64,000 nt of DNA from Candidatus Woesearchaeota archaeon (GCA_018668595.1 JABJCP010000009.1:62735-126734); one strand, 5' to 3'. Shown: positions 1 to 10,100, counted from the stretch's first letter. Notes: generated by a model from the letters alone, not told the origin. A program made the numbers and translations.

Positions 1-399
1 TAAAGCATAATTAACAATTTGGTTTAGTTTTTTAAAATCAGATCTTTCAGATCCTATATCTTCACTAAAAACATTTCTACTCATTACAATATTTGTTCCA
101 TTGGGTCTGTAAGGATACGTGCCATATTCAAAAATACCATCATTATTTTCATCAACCATTGAATGTCTTCTAAATGGTTTGCTTGGATCATCTAACAATT
201 CTGCTTCTATATTTACTACAAATTCTGGCGTTTTTTCTGGATTGTAATATGTCTTTAGTTCTACTTCGCCACATCCTTGTATTGTTCCAACATAGGTTTC
301 TTTTTTTGTTGGTGTTTCTGTTAGTGGATTGCATGCTGATAAGTATGCTGCAGCCAGGCCAATTATTATTTTTCTTGTTAAATAGTTCATATATTTCAT
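1..399 (-). CDS. Lipoprotein, 3'-truncated by the window edge. The N-terminus MKYMNYLTRKIIIGLAAAYLSAC carries a signal peptide with lipobox L-S-A-C. This gene is not in the supplied ORF track.
   Basis: Manual translation of the minus strand from ATG (complement of 397-399) finds no stop down to position 1. A GGTGA SD sits 6 nt upstream. The hydrophobic h-region is followed by a lipobox cysteine. Confidence 0.6.
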   Translation of the reverse strand, partial: MKYMNYLTRKIIIGLAAAYLSACNPLTETPTKKETYVGTIQGCGEVELKTYYNPEKTPEFVVNIEAELLDDPSKPFRRHSMVDENNDGIFEYGTYPYRPNGTNIVMSRNVFSEDIGSERSDFKKLNQIVNYAL

Positions 400-518
400 T
401 TAAATTCACCTCGAATAATCTTTGAAAAGAATAAATTAACACCATTATAATAAACTGATCATCTATTTTTAAGAAAAATACATAAAATTTATATACTATT
501 TTCTACATTATTCTTAAA

Positions 519-1544
519 ATGAACAAAAAAGACCTTCAAATAATGGAAATTTTAGCTCAGAACTGCCGTATAGCACAAACTACTCTAGCTCAAGCATTGA
601 ACATATCGAAAGATACAGTTTCATACAAAATAAAGAATTTAGAAAAATCTGAATTTCTAAAACAATATGTTTTGTTTATTGATGCCAGAAGACTGGGATT
701 TACTAGATATCATATTTTAATAAAATTTGAAGCAGGACTTAGAAATAAACTTGATTTATTTAATAAATTATCACAACACAAATTTGTAATGTGGATTAAT
801 ACCTTTATTGGACGATTTGATATTCAAATAATAGTTGATGCAAAAGATGGTTTTCATTTAAATAAAATTCGCGAAGAGTTATTTGATATTTGCAATAATA
901 AAATTAAAGAATATAATATTTTAACTCATTTGTGCGATCTCGAATTTACTCAATTAAATCCTGTATTAGATCTCAACACAAAGTTTCAGAAAAAATTAGA
1001 TCATTCTTTTAGTTCTATTTTAACCACTCGAAATTTTCCAGTATCTTTAGAATTTAACAAATATATTCATTCAAAAGTAGAGTTAGATATTCTAAAAATA
1101 CTTTCAGACAATCCTAAAGAACAATTAATAGAAATAAGTAGAAAATTAAATATAGATAGAGTCACAGTAAAGAAAAAAATAATTTCTTTAATAAAAAATA
1201 AAATCATTCTTAACTTTGGAGCAATTCCTAATCTTTCAAAACAAGGTTTTGTAACATATTATCTTTTAGTTAGAATAAATCAAAAAACACCTATTGAAAT
1301 TTTAAAAAAACCATTTGCTAAACTTCAGAATATTTTTTATGCAGGTAGAATGATTGGAGATTATGATATGATTATTTATTTGAATGCTAGAACTCCTGAC
1401 GAGCTTAATGAAAGTATTGAATTGTTTAAATCAGAAATTGAAGAACACATAATACATTACGATCTGCTTGTCCAGGACAAAGTAATTCATTGGCGACAAT
1501 TCACAAAAGGAATTTATGGCTATTTAGCAGATAATAAAAAATAA
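519..1544 (+). CDS. Tandem (duplicated) Lrp/AsnC-family transcriptional regulator made of two HTH + RAM-like units
   Basis: The N-terminus MNKKDLQIMEILAQNCRIAQTTLAQALNISKDTVSYKIKNLE is typical of the Lrp/AsnC HTH. A second HTH-like unit (LDILKILSDNPKEQLIEISRKLNIDRVTVKKKI) occurs around aa 190. Confidence 0.55.
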   Translation: MNKKDLQIMEILAQNCRIAQTTLAQALNISKDTVSYKIKNLEKSEFLKQYVLFIDARRLGFTRYHILIKFEAGLRNKLDLFNKLSQHKFVMWINTFIGRFDIQIIVDAKDGFHLNKIREELFDICNNKIKEYNILTHLCDLEFTQLNPVLDLNTKFQKKLDHSFSSILTTRNFPVSLEFNKYIHSKVELDILKILSDNPKEQLIEISRKLNIDRVTVKKKIISLIKNKIILNFGAIPNLSKQGFVTYYLLVRINQKTPIEILKKPFAKLQNIFYAGRMIGDYDMIIYLNARTPDELNESIELFKSEIEEHIIHYDLLVQDKVIHWRQFTKGIYGYLADNKK

Positions 1545-1586
1545 TTTTTTCTTTTTAATATTTATTCAATTTAATTTTCAATTTTT
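1545..1586. terminator. T-rich tract between convergent genes; putative bidirectional terminator
   Basis: An oligo-T/A-rich 42-nt spacer lies between the stop codons of a plus-strand and a minus-strand gene. Confidence 0.25.
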
Positions 1587-2762
1587 TCATCTTCTTCTTT
1601 TAATCAATGCACTCCCTCTATCTATGGAGTCATCTTCATCATCTTTTTTCTTTCCAAAACTTAAAAATCCTTTTATTCGTCTACCAAAACCAAGTCCAGA
1701 TTCAGATTTCGCTGCAATTTTTCTATGCAGTGTTGCAATTCTTTCACTTGCTTCTTTACAATTAGGATCTATTTTTCGCACAAGTTCCCATTTTTTTCTC
1801 GCTTCATCTTTTTCACCAATAAATTCATATGCATCTGCAAGTTGCATCATCACGGTTAGTTTTGCAATGTTGCGTCCATTGCGCACACTTTTATCGACAT
1901 AATGTCGTCGATGTATTTGTCCGAGTGATGCTTTGTATATTTTTATTGCAGTGTCCATTGCTTGTTCTCTTTTTTTTCGAAAGCTAGGTATGTCTTCATA
2001 TTTTTTATCTGCAACTTTTGCTTCTAGTGTGATTCCCCATCTGTACATGAAAATTATATTTCCAGGAACTTTATGATTTATACTTTTCAAGAGAATTTCT
2101 GCATCTTCAAAATTGTGATTCATAAAATGATTTGCTGCAATATCATTATTTTTTATCCAAGTAAGATCATCTATTCCTCCAGATTCACGATTAAAAAATC
2201 CATCACTCATTTCTTTCCAGGATTCTCCCGATTCAGGAATATTATAATACATTTCAAGCATATCTGATTCAGAACTTTCAAGAATAGAATTACGAACTCC
2301 GTAAACTTGAGGCTTTTCTTTTATTTTTTGACTAAGGCCACTACTTTCGCTCCCGCCTCCAATGAGTTTGCTAGAATTAGTTATAGCAACTCCGTCTTTG
2401 TAAGGAATATAAATTCTAACACCATATAATGATCCTAAACAGAATACTCTTCGCCCAATTAGTATTGGTTGTTGTAGTGCTTTTGCAAATTCTGCTTCTG
2501 CGTTTTCTCTTCGATCTTTTTTTATTAGAACTTCATAAGCACTTGCATGAAGTGCGGATTTTTGTTGTGCTTCTTTTTCGCTTGGTTTTCCATGATGTTT
2601 ATCTGGATGCCATTCTAGCATAAACCTGCGGTATACTTTTTTTATTTCAGATGGTTGAGCATCGCGTCCAACGCCTAGTACATTTCTAGCACTTGTCAGT
2701 TGTGGTGCTTCTTTATCAACTGCGCCAAACAAATCATATTTTTCTGAAGATATTGTTCTCAC
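1587..2762 (-). CDS. J-domain (DnaJ-like, HPD motif) protein with a C-terminal helical/TPR-like region
   Basis: KKVYRRFMLEWHPDKHHGKPSEKEAQQKSALHASAYEVL is a J-domain helix II-III with the HPD tripeptide. Confidence 0.55.
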   Translation of the reverse strand: MRTISSEKYDLFGAVDKEAPQLTSARNVLGVGRDAQPSEIKKVYRRFMLEWHPDKHHGKPSEKEAQQKSALHASAYEVLIKKDRRENAEAEFAKALQQPILIGRRVFCLGSLYGVRIYIPYKDGVAITNSSKLIGGGSESSGLSQKIKEKPQVYGVRNSILESSESDMLEMYYNIPESGESWKEMSDGFFNRESGGIDDLTWIKNNDIAANHFMNHNFEDAEILLKSINHKVPGNIIFMYRWGITLEAKVADKKYEDIPSFRKKREQAMDTAIKIYKASLGQIHRRHYVDKSVRNGRNIAKLTVMMQLADAYEFIGEKDEARKKWELVRKIDPNCKEASERIATLHRKIAAKSESGLGFGRRIKGFLSFGKKKDDEDDSIDRGSALIKRRR

Positions 2763-2822
2763 CCTGTTGTTTAAATATATGATTGTTAAAAATTACTAAT
2801 TGTATTACTAATTGTAAAAGAA

Positions 2823-3872
2823 TTAAATATTATGTGGATCTTCAATTAATGATAGTCCATTGTAAGGATAGCAACCATTTTTTCCTTTTTGTTTTACTTT
2901 ATAGAGTCCGCGATCTGCACCTTCAATCATGCAGTTAAGAATTGTTTCTATGTGTTCTTCGTTTTTCAAATCAAATTTTGAAAAAAGTTGATCATAGAAT
3001 TTTGCAGATAGTGTTGAAATTCCTGCACTAAATGTTACAACTTCAGAAGTTTCGCATCCATTTTTTTTTGGCTTGAAGGTTATTTCTCCAAAGTCCCATG
3101 CAATTCGGTCATATGCTTTTTTTGCACTGTCATGAGGAGTATCTTGCATTAGTATGCAAAATTCTTCTCCACCATATCTCGCAAAAATATCTGAACCTCT
3201 AAGTTTGCTTGAAAATATATTTGCAACTTTTTTAATTATGTAATCTCCTTCTAAGTGACCATATAAATCATTATATCTTTTGAAATTATCAATGTCAAAC
3301 ATTGCTAAGGATATATTTCGTTCTGTTCTGCTGTATCCTTTCAAATTAATTTTTATTTGTTCAATTAATGTTTTTTTATTTGCAGCTCCAGTCATTGAAT
3401 CAGTTATTGAACCGCATCTTATTTGAAAATCTATTAGTGCTTTTTCTATTCTTAATGTGAGATCTTCAGCAGATACTGGTTTTTCTAAATAATCAATAGC
3501 ACCTCTTCGCATAGCAGATATTAATGTTTTTTTATTATTTTCTGCACTCACGACCACAAAAGGAGTTAGACTTTGTTTTTCAACACTTATTTTTTCCATG
3601 AGTTCTAGTCCACTTATGTCTCCTATTTTTAAATTTAAATCCATGAGAATAATATCAGGAGTTGTTTTTTCTAGAATTTCAAATGTTTCTTGAGATGATT
3701 GTGCAGTGTATATTCTTTCATATCCGTCTGCTTGTAAAATTAGTTTGTGAGTTTTATTTAATAGTTCTTCGTCATCAACTAACAATATCGTATAATTTTC
3801 TTTATTTTCTAGTCCAGATATTACTGGAGCTACTTTTCCATTAACTGCTTTTATTTCTTGTGTTATAGTCAT
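2823..3872 (-). CDS. Response regulator with a receiver domain fused to a GGDEF diguanylate cyclase domain (PleD-like)
   Basis: The receiver reads ILLVDDEELL...IILMDLNLKIGDISGLEL. The GGDEF signature is RYGGEEFCILM. The track ORF starts at 3962; the internal Met (MTITQEIKAV) at 3872 is the more likely start. Confidence 0.7.
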   Translation of the reverse strand: MTITQEIKAVNGKVAPVISGLENKENYTILLVDDEELLNKTHKLILQADGYERIYTAQSSQETFEILEKTTPDIILMDLNLKIGDISGLELMEKISVEKQSLTPFVVVSAENNKKTLISAMRRGAIDYLEKPVSAEDLTLRIEKALIDFQIRCGSITDSMTGAANKKTLIEQIKINLKGYSRTERNISLAMFDIDNFKRYNDLYGHLEGDYIIKKVANIFSSKLRGSDIFARYGGEEFCILMQDTPHDSAKKAYDRIAWDFGEITFKPKKNGCETSEVVTFSAGISTLSAKFYDQLFSKFDLKNEEHIETILNCMIEGADRGLYKVKQKGKNGCYPYNGLSLIEDPHNI

Positions 3873-4010
3873 AACTCTATAGAAATGGTAATCTATTTTA
3901 TAAAACTTTTGAACAACTTTTTTAAAACAACAATATGTCCTGTTTATGTGACTAAAAAACAAGATTTTACCAAAAATAATATATACTAATTATACTTCTA
4001 AATAATAAAA

Positions 4011-4415
4011 ATGGTGAAAAAACACATTGCTCACATTGTTTTAGCGTTTTTACTTATTCTAATTGCTTTTGTGTATGGTACAAATGTTGGTCAACCAGAG
4101 GTTTCAGATGAAGAATTAGCTACATTGAATATTGAAGATGGACTTAAATCAGAGCAGGTAGTTGCAAAGAAAATAGGCCCTACATTTGCAGACAAAGGAA
4201 AGTTTGAAGGTAAACAAGAAATGTGGATTTTGGTTAATTTTGGAAAACCTGTAACAACAAAACTAACTACTGAATGTTACAATAATGAAACTCTTGTAGA
4301 AAACTTTGATACCGAAGATCACACATTTAAACAAGAAGAAATATTTACCTGGTATGCACTTTGCAAAAACGAATCAGTAACTAAGCGTAATGTTGTGATT
4401 GAATATTTGGAGTAA
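4011..4415 (+). CDS. Small secreted or membrane-anchored protein of unknown function
   Basis: The N-terminal hydrophobic segment is MVKKHIAHIVLAFLLILIAFVYG. Confidence 0.4.
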   Translation: MVKKHIAHIVLAFLLILIAFVYGTNVGQPEVSDEELATLNIEDGLKSEQVVAKKIGPTFADKGKFEGKQEMWILVNFGKPVTTKLTTECYNNETLVENFDTEDHTFKQEEIFTWYALCKNESVTKRNVVIEYLE

Positions 4416-4542
4416 GCATAATAAGTATAATTTTTTTTTAATTTTCTATTAATTTTATTGTTTGGTTGTTTTTCTTTTCATCTTATTTTTTTATAAAAAC
4501 TTTTATATATCACCAACTCATAACTAATTAGGGGGTAATTTA

Positions 4543-5112
4543 ATGGTTGATAAAATTTATACTAATGAACTAGAGGGTTCTAACCTTGATAAGTTTATAC
4601 TTATTGAATGCAATAGAACAGATCCTAATCGTAAATCTTTGGATGATCTTGCAAAAGAGCAAGGATTTGAAGAAACTGATTTGATTAATGATATTTTGGC
4701 AGATAAGCCTATTAAAAAATTAGTCACATTTCCTAAAAAAAATGTTTCAGTACCTAAACCTGTTAATACTTCTTTAAGTCATAATTCTATTGTTGAACAA
4801 GATTATTTAAAAAATATTTCCAAACAGTATTCAGTTCCAATAGTAGATCTTAGCCAGGTTGAATTTAAAAAAGACGCATTGAGTTTAGTTCCTTCTGAAA
4901 TGTGTTGTAGACATAAATATGTGCCTATATCTAAAAATTCAAATGGTGGTGCTGAGATTGTTGTTGCATTTAGCGATCCTTCCAATTTGGCTGCTATGGA
5001 CGACATAAAATTCTATTCAGGTTATAATGTTAAAGTGCTTGTTGCATCTGAACAACAAATAGTTGAAGCATTAAAAAAATATTATCCTAACGCATCTGAT
5101 TTTTTATATTAG
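4543..5112 (+). CDS. Stand-alone GspE/PilB N-terminal (T2SSE_N / MshEN-like) domain protein
   Basis: The C-terminal half (LVPSEMCCRHKYVPISKNSNGGAEIVVAFSDPSNLAAMDDIKFYSGYNVKVLVASEQQIVEALKKYY) matches the GspII_E N-terminal domain pattern (..A....vPl......l.va..dP.n....d.l.f.tg..v...va....i...l..yY). A GGGGG SD lies upstream. Confidence 0.5.
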   Translation: MVDKIYTNELEGSNLDKFILIECNRTDPNRKSLDDLAKEQGFEETDLINDILADKPIKKLVTFPKKNVSVPKPVNTSLSHNSIVEQDYLKNISKQYSVPIVDLSQVEFKKDALSLVPSEMCCRHKYVPISKNSNGGAEIVVAFSDPSNLAAMDDIKFYSGYNVKVLVASEQQIVEALKKYYPNASDFLY

Positions 5113-5128
5113 TAAATGAGGAATTGAA

Positions 5129-5803
5129 ATGAACAATAAAAATAAAGAAAATATTGATCAACCACAACCAATTTATTTTCCTGAGTCATTGGGAAAAATT
5201 GCTATGATTAGAGAATATTTTGAGATAAAAGAAGATTATCAACTTATTGAATTAATTGCTGCTATTGAGAAATATTTTAGTGCTCGTGGTGAAGAAGGAG
5301 AGGCAACTATTCGTTTTAATATTGATTCTTTTCCTCCTGAAAAAATGCCAATTGATTCAGATGGTTTTATATTAGAATATACAAACTCATTGAAATTTCG
5401 ATTTGATCCTTTAGATGAAAAAGCTGAAGCTGCAATTAATCCATTTAAGATACATGATAAAACAAATTATTATTTGATTGGAAAAGTTGCTGCAGATGGT
5501 GATCAAATTCTTCCGTTCCTTGCAGACGCAATTGATATTAATTCAGATTTTAAAATTTTGTCTATTGAGTCAATTCCTCAATCATTTGAAGATTGGAAAT
5601 ATCAATTTCCTAGTTTTCTTTTGAATGCAGTGCGTGGAGATACTGCTAGTTTAGAAATAATTTTATCTACGGGAAGCACACCAAAAAAATATAATGTAAA
5701 TCAAGCAAAAGCACTAAAGATTGTGAAAGAGTCATATGATAAATTTAAAGAAGCCTATGCGACAGCAAATAAAAAATATGCTGGATTTGGGGATGTTTAC
5801 TGA
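5129..5803 (+). CDS. Hypothetical protein
   Basis: The ORF has an SD (GAGGAA) and is probably co-operonic with the GspE_N protein. Confidence 0.4.
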   Translation: MNNKNKENIDQPQPIYFPESLGKIAMIREYFEIKEDYQLIELIAAIEKYFSARGEEGEATIRFNIDSFPPEKMPIDSDGFILEYTNSLKFRFDPLDEKAEAAINPFKIHDKTNYYLIGKVAADGDQILPFLADAIDINSDFKILSIESIPQSFEDWKYQFPSFLLNAVRGDTASLEIILSTGSTPKKYNVNQAKALKIVKESYDKFKEAYATANKKYAGFGDVY

Positions 5804-5833
5804 CTATTAATTTACTAACTACTTTTAATTATC

Positions 5834-6586
5834 TCAAAGCTTCTCACCAATCATCCACAGAACATCAAACAGCGCAGTAAACTGTTGAGCATGAACTTTA
5901 TTTTCTATAAAAATGCAGTTTGGTTCTTCAAAATTAAACAGCAAAACTTGATTTCCTGCTACCATAAAATTTGATACATCTTTTCCTTTCAGATATTTAT
6001 AAATTTTGTACTTATTTTTTTTATTTCGTCGCATTTCTCGTCCTTTTTTTGTTATTTGTGACATTATTATTTTATTCTTAAAATTTTTAGCTGCAATAAT
6101 CAAGTCATATTTTGGCCATCTTAAAATTACATCTCGTTTCACATCATCATTGGCTCCATATATTCTTATCGTGGAATTTTTAGAAAGTCGTTCAACAAAT
6201 TTAAACAGAGCAGTTCTTACTCCTTCAACTCCTTCAAAGACATTTACTCCGCAAACATCTTTTTCAAATTTGTATAATTTGTTTAATGCAGGTAAACTAT
6301 TCTTGACAAGTTCTTCTTGCTCATCTAATTCTATTTGTTTGGTTCTCAGATACTCATTAAGTTTTTCAGGATCTTCTGCAAAATAACTTTTTATTTTATT
6401 TTTAAGCACAAACGAAACAAGTCCTTTTCGAACTAATGAATCTAATACTTGGTATATTTTTCCTGACTTAAAATTTGCTTCTCGTATAATTTCACTTACT
6501 TTGCTTTCCCCCAATTTTAATAATGTTAAATACACAACAGCTTCATTTTTTGTTAAATCTAGTTTAATTAGTACTTCTGGTTTCAT
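5834..6586 (-). CDS. TrmB-family winged-HTH transcriptional regulator
   Basis: MKPEVLIKLDLTKNEAVVYLTLLKLGESKVSEIIREANFKSGKIYQVLDSLVRKGLV is a TrmB N-terminal HTH. It is followed by a coiled-coil. Confidence 0.55.
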   Translation of the reverse strand: MKPEVLIKLDLTKNEAVVYLTLLKLGESKVSEIIREANFKSGKIYQVLDSLVRKGLVSFVLKNKIKSYFAEDPEKLNEYLRTKQIELDEQEELVKNSLPALNKLYKFEKDVCGVNVFEGVEGVRTALFKFVERLSKNSTIRIYGANDDVKRDVILRWPKYDLIIAAKNFKNKIIMSQITKKGREMRRNKKNKYKIYKYLKGKDVSNFMVAGNQVLLFNFEEPNCIFIENKVHAQQFTALFDVLWMIGEKL

Positions 6587-6706
6587 AATGCTATCAAAAC
6601 AAGCATCATTTATATTTCTTTCGATTACACTCCCCTGGGGGTGTGGTATTATTGATAATAAATTAGTATTATTAGGGTATTATAACTTAGTTTGGAGGTA
6701 ATAACT

Positions 6707-7480
6707 ATGGGTTTACTAGATCCGCCTTTTAATTATTGGATAGAAGAAGTTCCTTCCGCGGCATTTGCGAGTATTGGAAACAAATTAAATAAATCTAAAT
6801 TTGAGAATTGCAATTCCGACCAGGAATATTCAGCTTCAGATTTTTTCCTGCAAAGAAGACTTGAATTTCAAAATGAACTTATTTATTGTATGGAACAAGT
6901 TCCTGAACTTAGACAAGAAACAACAATGGATGATTTTTTTAAACGTCTTTACATAAATGATTTTCCAAGTCTTTGTTTAGTTGTAAGAGCTGCTTATGCA
7001 GATTATGTTCCTGAACAAAAAAGTTACAAAACAGGACATATTGTTGGATTTATAACTGCGTATTGTCAAGAAAAATTTCATTCAAGAGATAAAACAGATC
7101 GTGATTTATATCTTTGGTTGGGAGGAGTTGATGGTGGTCATAGAACTAAGGGGTTAATGGGTGCTTTGTTTTCAACAGTAGAGTGGTGGGCTAACGAATC
7201 AGGATATTCCTCAGTATCTGCAAAAACATTTCCTAAATTTCAAAATATGATTGGTTTGCTGGATAAAAGAGACTTCAGACAAACACACAGTGTTCAACAA
7301 GAAGACGGTCTAGCATTGTTTTATCAAAAGATTCTTGATAATTCTAATCAGTCAAGTTTTAGAAATAGCGAACCATATGTCAAATACAGTTTTACAAAAA
7401 ATGGAGATTTTCACTTTAATGTACCTTGGAATACTTTAACAAGAGAACGTATGAGGCGCAGCGTTAATAGGTTATATTAA
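6707..7480 (+). CDS. Hypothetical protein, possibly GNAT-like acyltransferase
   Basis: The track start at 6692 lies inside the SD (GGAGGT), so ATG 6707 (MGLLDPPF) is likelier. A weak GNAT motif-A-like stretch is LWLGGVDGGHRTKGLMGALF. Confidence 0.35.
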   Translation: MGLLDPPFNYWIEEVPSAAFASIGNKLNKSKFENCNSDQEYSASDFFLQRRLEFQNELIYCMEQVPELRQETTMDDFFKRLYINDFPSLCLVVRAAYADYVPEQKSYKTGHIVGFITAYCQEKFHSRDKTDRDLYLWLGGVDGGHRTKGLMGALFSTVEWWANESGYSSVSAKTFPKFQNMIGLLDKRDFRQTHSVQQEDGLALFYQKILDNSNQSSFRNSEPYVKYSFTKNGDFHFNVPWNTLTRERMRRSVNRLY

Positions 7481-7534
7481 CTAGAATAATTGAAATAAAT
7501 TGCATAAATAAAATATATTATAGATAAAAGAATG

Positions 7535-7605
7535 TGCCCTGCTTACTCGCTCAGTATCACAGAATCCAATAAATTGGAAACTCAAAAGAGTTTAAGAGCA
7601 GGGCA
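7535..7605. other. Candidate small structured element (~71 nt) between convergent genes
   Basis: An outer 9-bp stem TGCCCTGCT...AGCAGGGCA encloses the inner hairpins CCAATaaATTGG and AAACTCaaaaGAGTTT. It is GC-enriched relative to the flanks. Confidence 0.3.
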
Positions 7606-7673
7606 AGTGATAAGAAATCTATTTTCTTTTTAATTGTTTTGGTAAAAATCATAAGATTTAAGAATTCTTTTTT

Positions 7674-7970
7674 TTATTCAAAAAATGCAGTATATTTTTG
7701 ATCGATTTCTTTGCAGGAATATTTTCCTTGTGGTGATTCTCTTATTTTTTCATATTCTTGTGGGTTTGTTTTGTCTATTTGTTGGCATTGATCATAAATT
7801 TTTTTAAGTTCAGTTTTTTCATTATAGCATCCTTTGATTGGCCAGTATATTATTGCACCAATTAAAACTATTATTGCACTTACCGCTCTTATTTTTTCAA
7901 AGGTTGTTACTTCGCGAGTGTTATTGTATTTAACAATCTCTTCTAATCTTTCTTTTCTTGTTTTTTTCAT
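7674..7970 (-). CDS. Small membrane protein
   Basis: It has one predicted TM helix (AVSAIIVLIGAIIYWPI). Confidence 0.4.
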   Translation of the reverse strand: MKKTRKERLEEIVKYNNTREVTTFEKIRAVSAIIVLIGAIIYWPIKGCYNEKTELKKIYDQCQQIDKTNPQEYEKIRESPQGKYSCKEIDQKYTAFFE

Positions 7971-8032
7971 TCTATTGTTTTATTTTATTTTTATTAATAA
8001 ATATTTCTAATTTAGAAAATATATTTCAATTA

Positions 8033-8938
8033 CTATTTTATCCTCTTCAAATAATACTCTGCGCTTTTACTTCTCTTAACCATATCTTTAAACATTCCTT
8101 CATATAATTGCACAACTTCTTTATTGTGTATTTCGAGTCCCGATCCTATTCCCATGTGTATGTGAAATAACATTATTTGATTGTGTATCACAAAAACTTG
8201 CATTGGTAAGTATTCTTCAATAATATATAATTTAATATCATATTGTTTGCATTTACGTCTAAAATCTGCAATCATTCTATCTAAGAAATCTTGTCCTAGA
8301 TTTTTTTTTATTAGATTTATGTGCCACAGAAAAGTATCTTTGTTGCATATTGCATAGAAATGTTTATTTTTTTTGAGTGCTTCGTGGTATGCATTAAATA
8401 CTCTTATTGATTTTGTTTGTGTTGTGTGAGCAATTGTTGTTCTTTTCGCATCAATTACTTCTCGCATTTGTATGAATTCTTGTTTTGTTGATGGATAAAA
8501 AATAAAGGGTAAACTTCCATATCTCGCAATTGTTTTCAAACCGGATTTGCAGGATGATAATAGTTTCAGTAATGAATATGTGAAATCTTCTGTTGAACGA
8601 AGTAAGTCAATTCGAGGTGGTGTTTTATCATCTAACATATCTATTATTTTATTTTCATCTTTAACAAAATTGTGAAATTTATTTTGTAAGAATTCTAATA
8701 TTCGTTCATTCGAATTTTCAAATACATACTTAGAGGGTTTTTTCCCTATTTTTTCAATTAGTTTATTTGAAATCAATTGATTTAATGGTTCATATATTCG
8801 CCCTAACGGAATTTTTGTTTTTTTAGAAAGTTGTTGTGCAGTGAGATTTTCAATTATCAATAAATCTAATATCAAAAACTGTTTTTCAGTAATGTGTCTT
8901 TTGTTTTTGAGTTCCTCAACTACAGGTTTTATGTTCAT
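8033..8938 (-). CDS. Winged-helix (TrmB-like) transcriptional regulator
   Basis: The N-terminal HTH is ITEKQFLILDLLIIENLTAQQLSKKTKIPLGRIYEPLNQLISNKLIEK. Confidence 0.45.
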   Translation of the reverse strand: MNIKPVVEELKNKRHITEKQFLILDLLIIENLTAQQLSKKTKIPLGRIYEPLNQLISNKLIEKIGKKPSKYVFENSNERILEFLQNKFHNFVKDENKIIDMLDDKTPPRIDLLRSTEDFTYSLLKLLSSCKSGLKTIARYGSLPFIFYPSTKQEFIQMREVIDAKRTTIAHTTQTKSIRVFNAYHEALKKNKHFYAICNKDTFLWHINLIKKNLGQDFLDRMIADFRRKCKQYDIKLYIIEEYLPMQVFVIHNQIMLFHIHMGIGSGLEIHNKEVVQLYEGMFKDMVKRSKSAEYYLKRIK

Positions 8939-9285
8939 AAATATTGGTAAGAATTACTTGTTTAAATATTTTGCCTCTTTTTTAACACAAAAAAACGTTT
9001 TTTTGTAGGTAAAGTTTTTATGTAACTTAGTCTACAGATTACTAGTGCTATCCTAATAATCACATTTGTTTCGTAGTATTTGTCAGTATTGGTCAAGCTA
9101 TTTTGTAAAGGGTAGTTTTAATTTCAAAAATTTGGTGATAATTGTAATTTAGCGTTAGCTCTAATCACGACCAAGATATGTTTGTAAATAGTGTTAGCTT
9201 CAATGTTTGGTTTAGATTTGTTTCAAAGTTGTTAGTTAGCGCAAGCTTTCAATTAACAAGAGCCATCAAGAGGTGTAAAAATAAA

Positions 9286-9744
9286 ATGATATCAAATAAA
9301 GATAAATTAATAATTGGACATTTGCGTTCAAACGCAAGAGTAAAAATTACTGATCTTAGTAAACTAGTTAATATTCCTGTAACTACATTATATAGCAAAT
9401 TAAAAAATTATGATCGAAAATTAATCAAAAAGCATACTTGTCTGCTGGATTATTCAAAACTGGGTTTTCATAAAAATGTTTTTTTTGTTCTTAAATCCAC
9501 TGGAGATCGCGATCAATTACAAGATTTTCTAAACACTGAATTTTGCGTTAATTCATTATTCAGAGTTAATTTTGGTTATGATTTTCTTGTGGATTGTATT
9601 TTTCGTGATGAAAAAGAGGTTAGCGATTTTATGGACGGATTAGTCCAGAATCATTCTGCAGAAATTCAAATGTTGAATATTATCGACGAAATAAAACGTG
9701 AAGAGTTTCTAAAACATACTGAAGAGGACTTAAAAAATGATTGA
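9286..9744 (+). CDS. Lrp/AsnC-family transcriptional regulator
   Basis: MISNKDKLIIGHLRSNARVKITDLSKLVNIPVTTLYSKLKNY is an Lrp HTH. The track ORF (9178) is extended upstream; ATG 9286 carries a GAGGTG SD. Confidence 0.55.
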   Translation: MISNKDKLIIGHLRSNARVKITDLSKLVNIPVTTLYSKLKNYDRKLIKKHTCLLDYSKLGFHKNVFFVLKSTGDRDQLQDFLNTEFCVNSLFRVNFGYDFLVDCIFRDEKEVSDFMDGLVQNHSAEIQMLNIIDEIKREEFLKHTEEDLKND

Positions 9745-10099
9745 TAGATCTATTTCAGATAAGCTTAATGAATATGTTGGAAAAGAAATTAGTGTCAAAT
9801 TAAAAGAATCGTCTGCTTATTTTCATGGTGCAGATTGTGTGTTAGATAAAATAATAGATAAGTATGATACTAAAAATTTATTTTTATCAGGAGTTACTGA
9901 TTCAAAATTATTTGGGATTCTTGAAGGCAAGGTAATTGAATTGCATTTTTTTGATCGCAGAGAAGAAGATCTTGCAGTTGAAGCAAAAGATTTGATTAAA
10001 AGATACAAGTGTGTTGAGAATTATATAATTTCTATTGAGTGTGATGGTGGTGTTATTTACAAAAATAAAAGAAATTATGAAACTGATGAGGTTGATTAA
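9737..10099 (+). CDS. Hypothetical protein with possible N-terminal Sm-like fold
   Basis: GKEISVKLKESSAYFHGADCVLDKIIDKYDTKNLFLSGV loosely fits the Sm1 pattern. Confidence 0.3.
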   Translation: MIDRSISDKLNEYVGKEISVKLKESSAYFHGADCVLDKIIDKYDTKNLFLSGVTDSKLFGILEGKVIELHFFDRREEDLAVEAKDLIKRYKCVENYIISIECDGGVIYKNKRNYETDEVD

Positions 10100-10100
10100 A

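Noticed and set aside
174-445. Track ORFs 174..425(+) and 188..445(-)
   Set aside because: They overlap the better-supported minus-strand lipoprotein gene (<1..399), which has a signal peptide plus lipobox and an SD. Their low-complexity translations are typical of off-frame AT-rich reads.
1624-2623. Small plus-strand ORFs (1624..1902, 2073..2267, 2429..2623) inside the J-domain gene
   Set aside because: They are antisense, embedded in a longer ORF carrying a recognisable J-domain, and have no SD.
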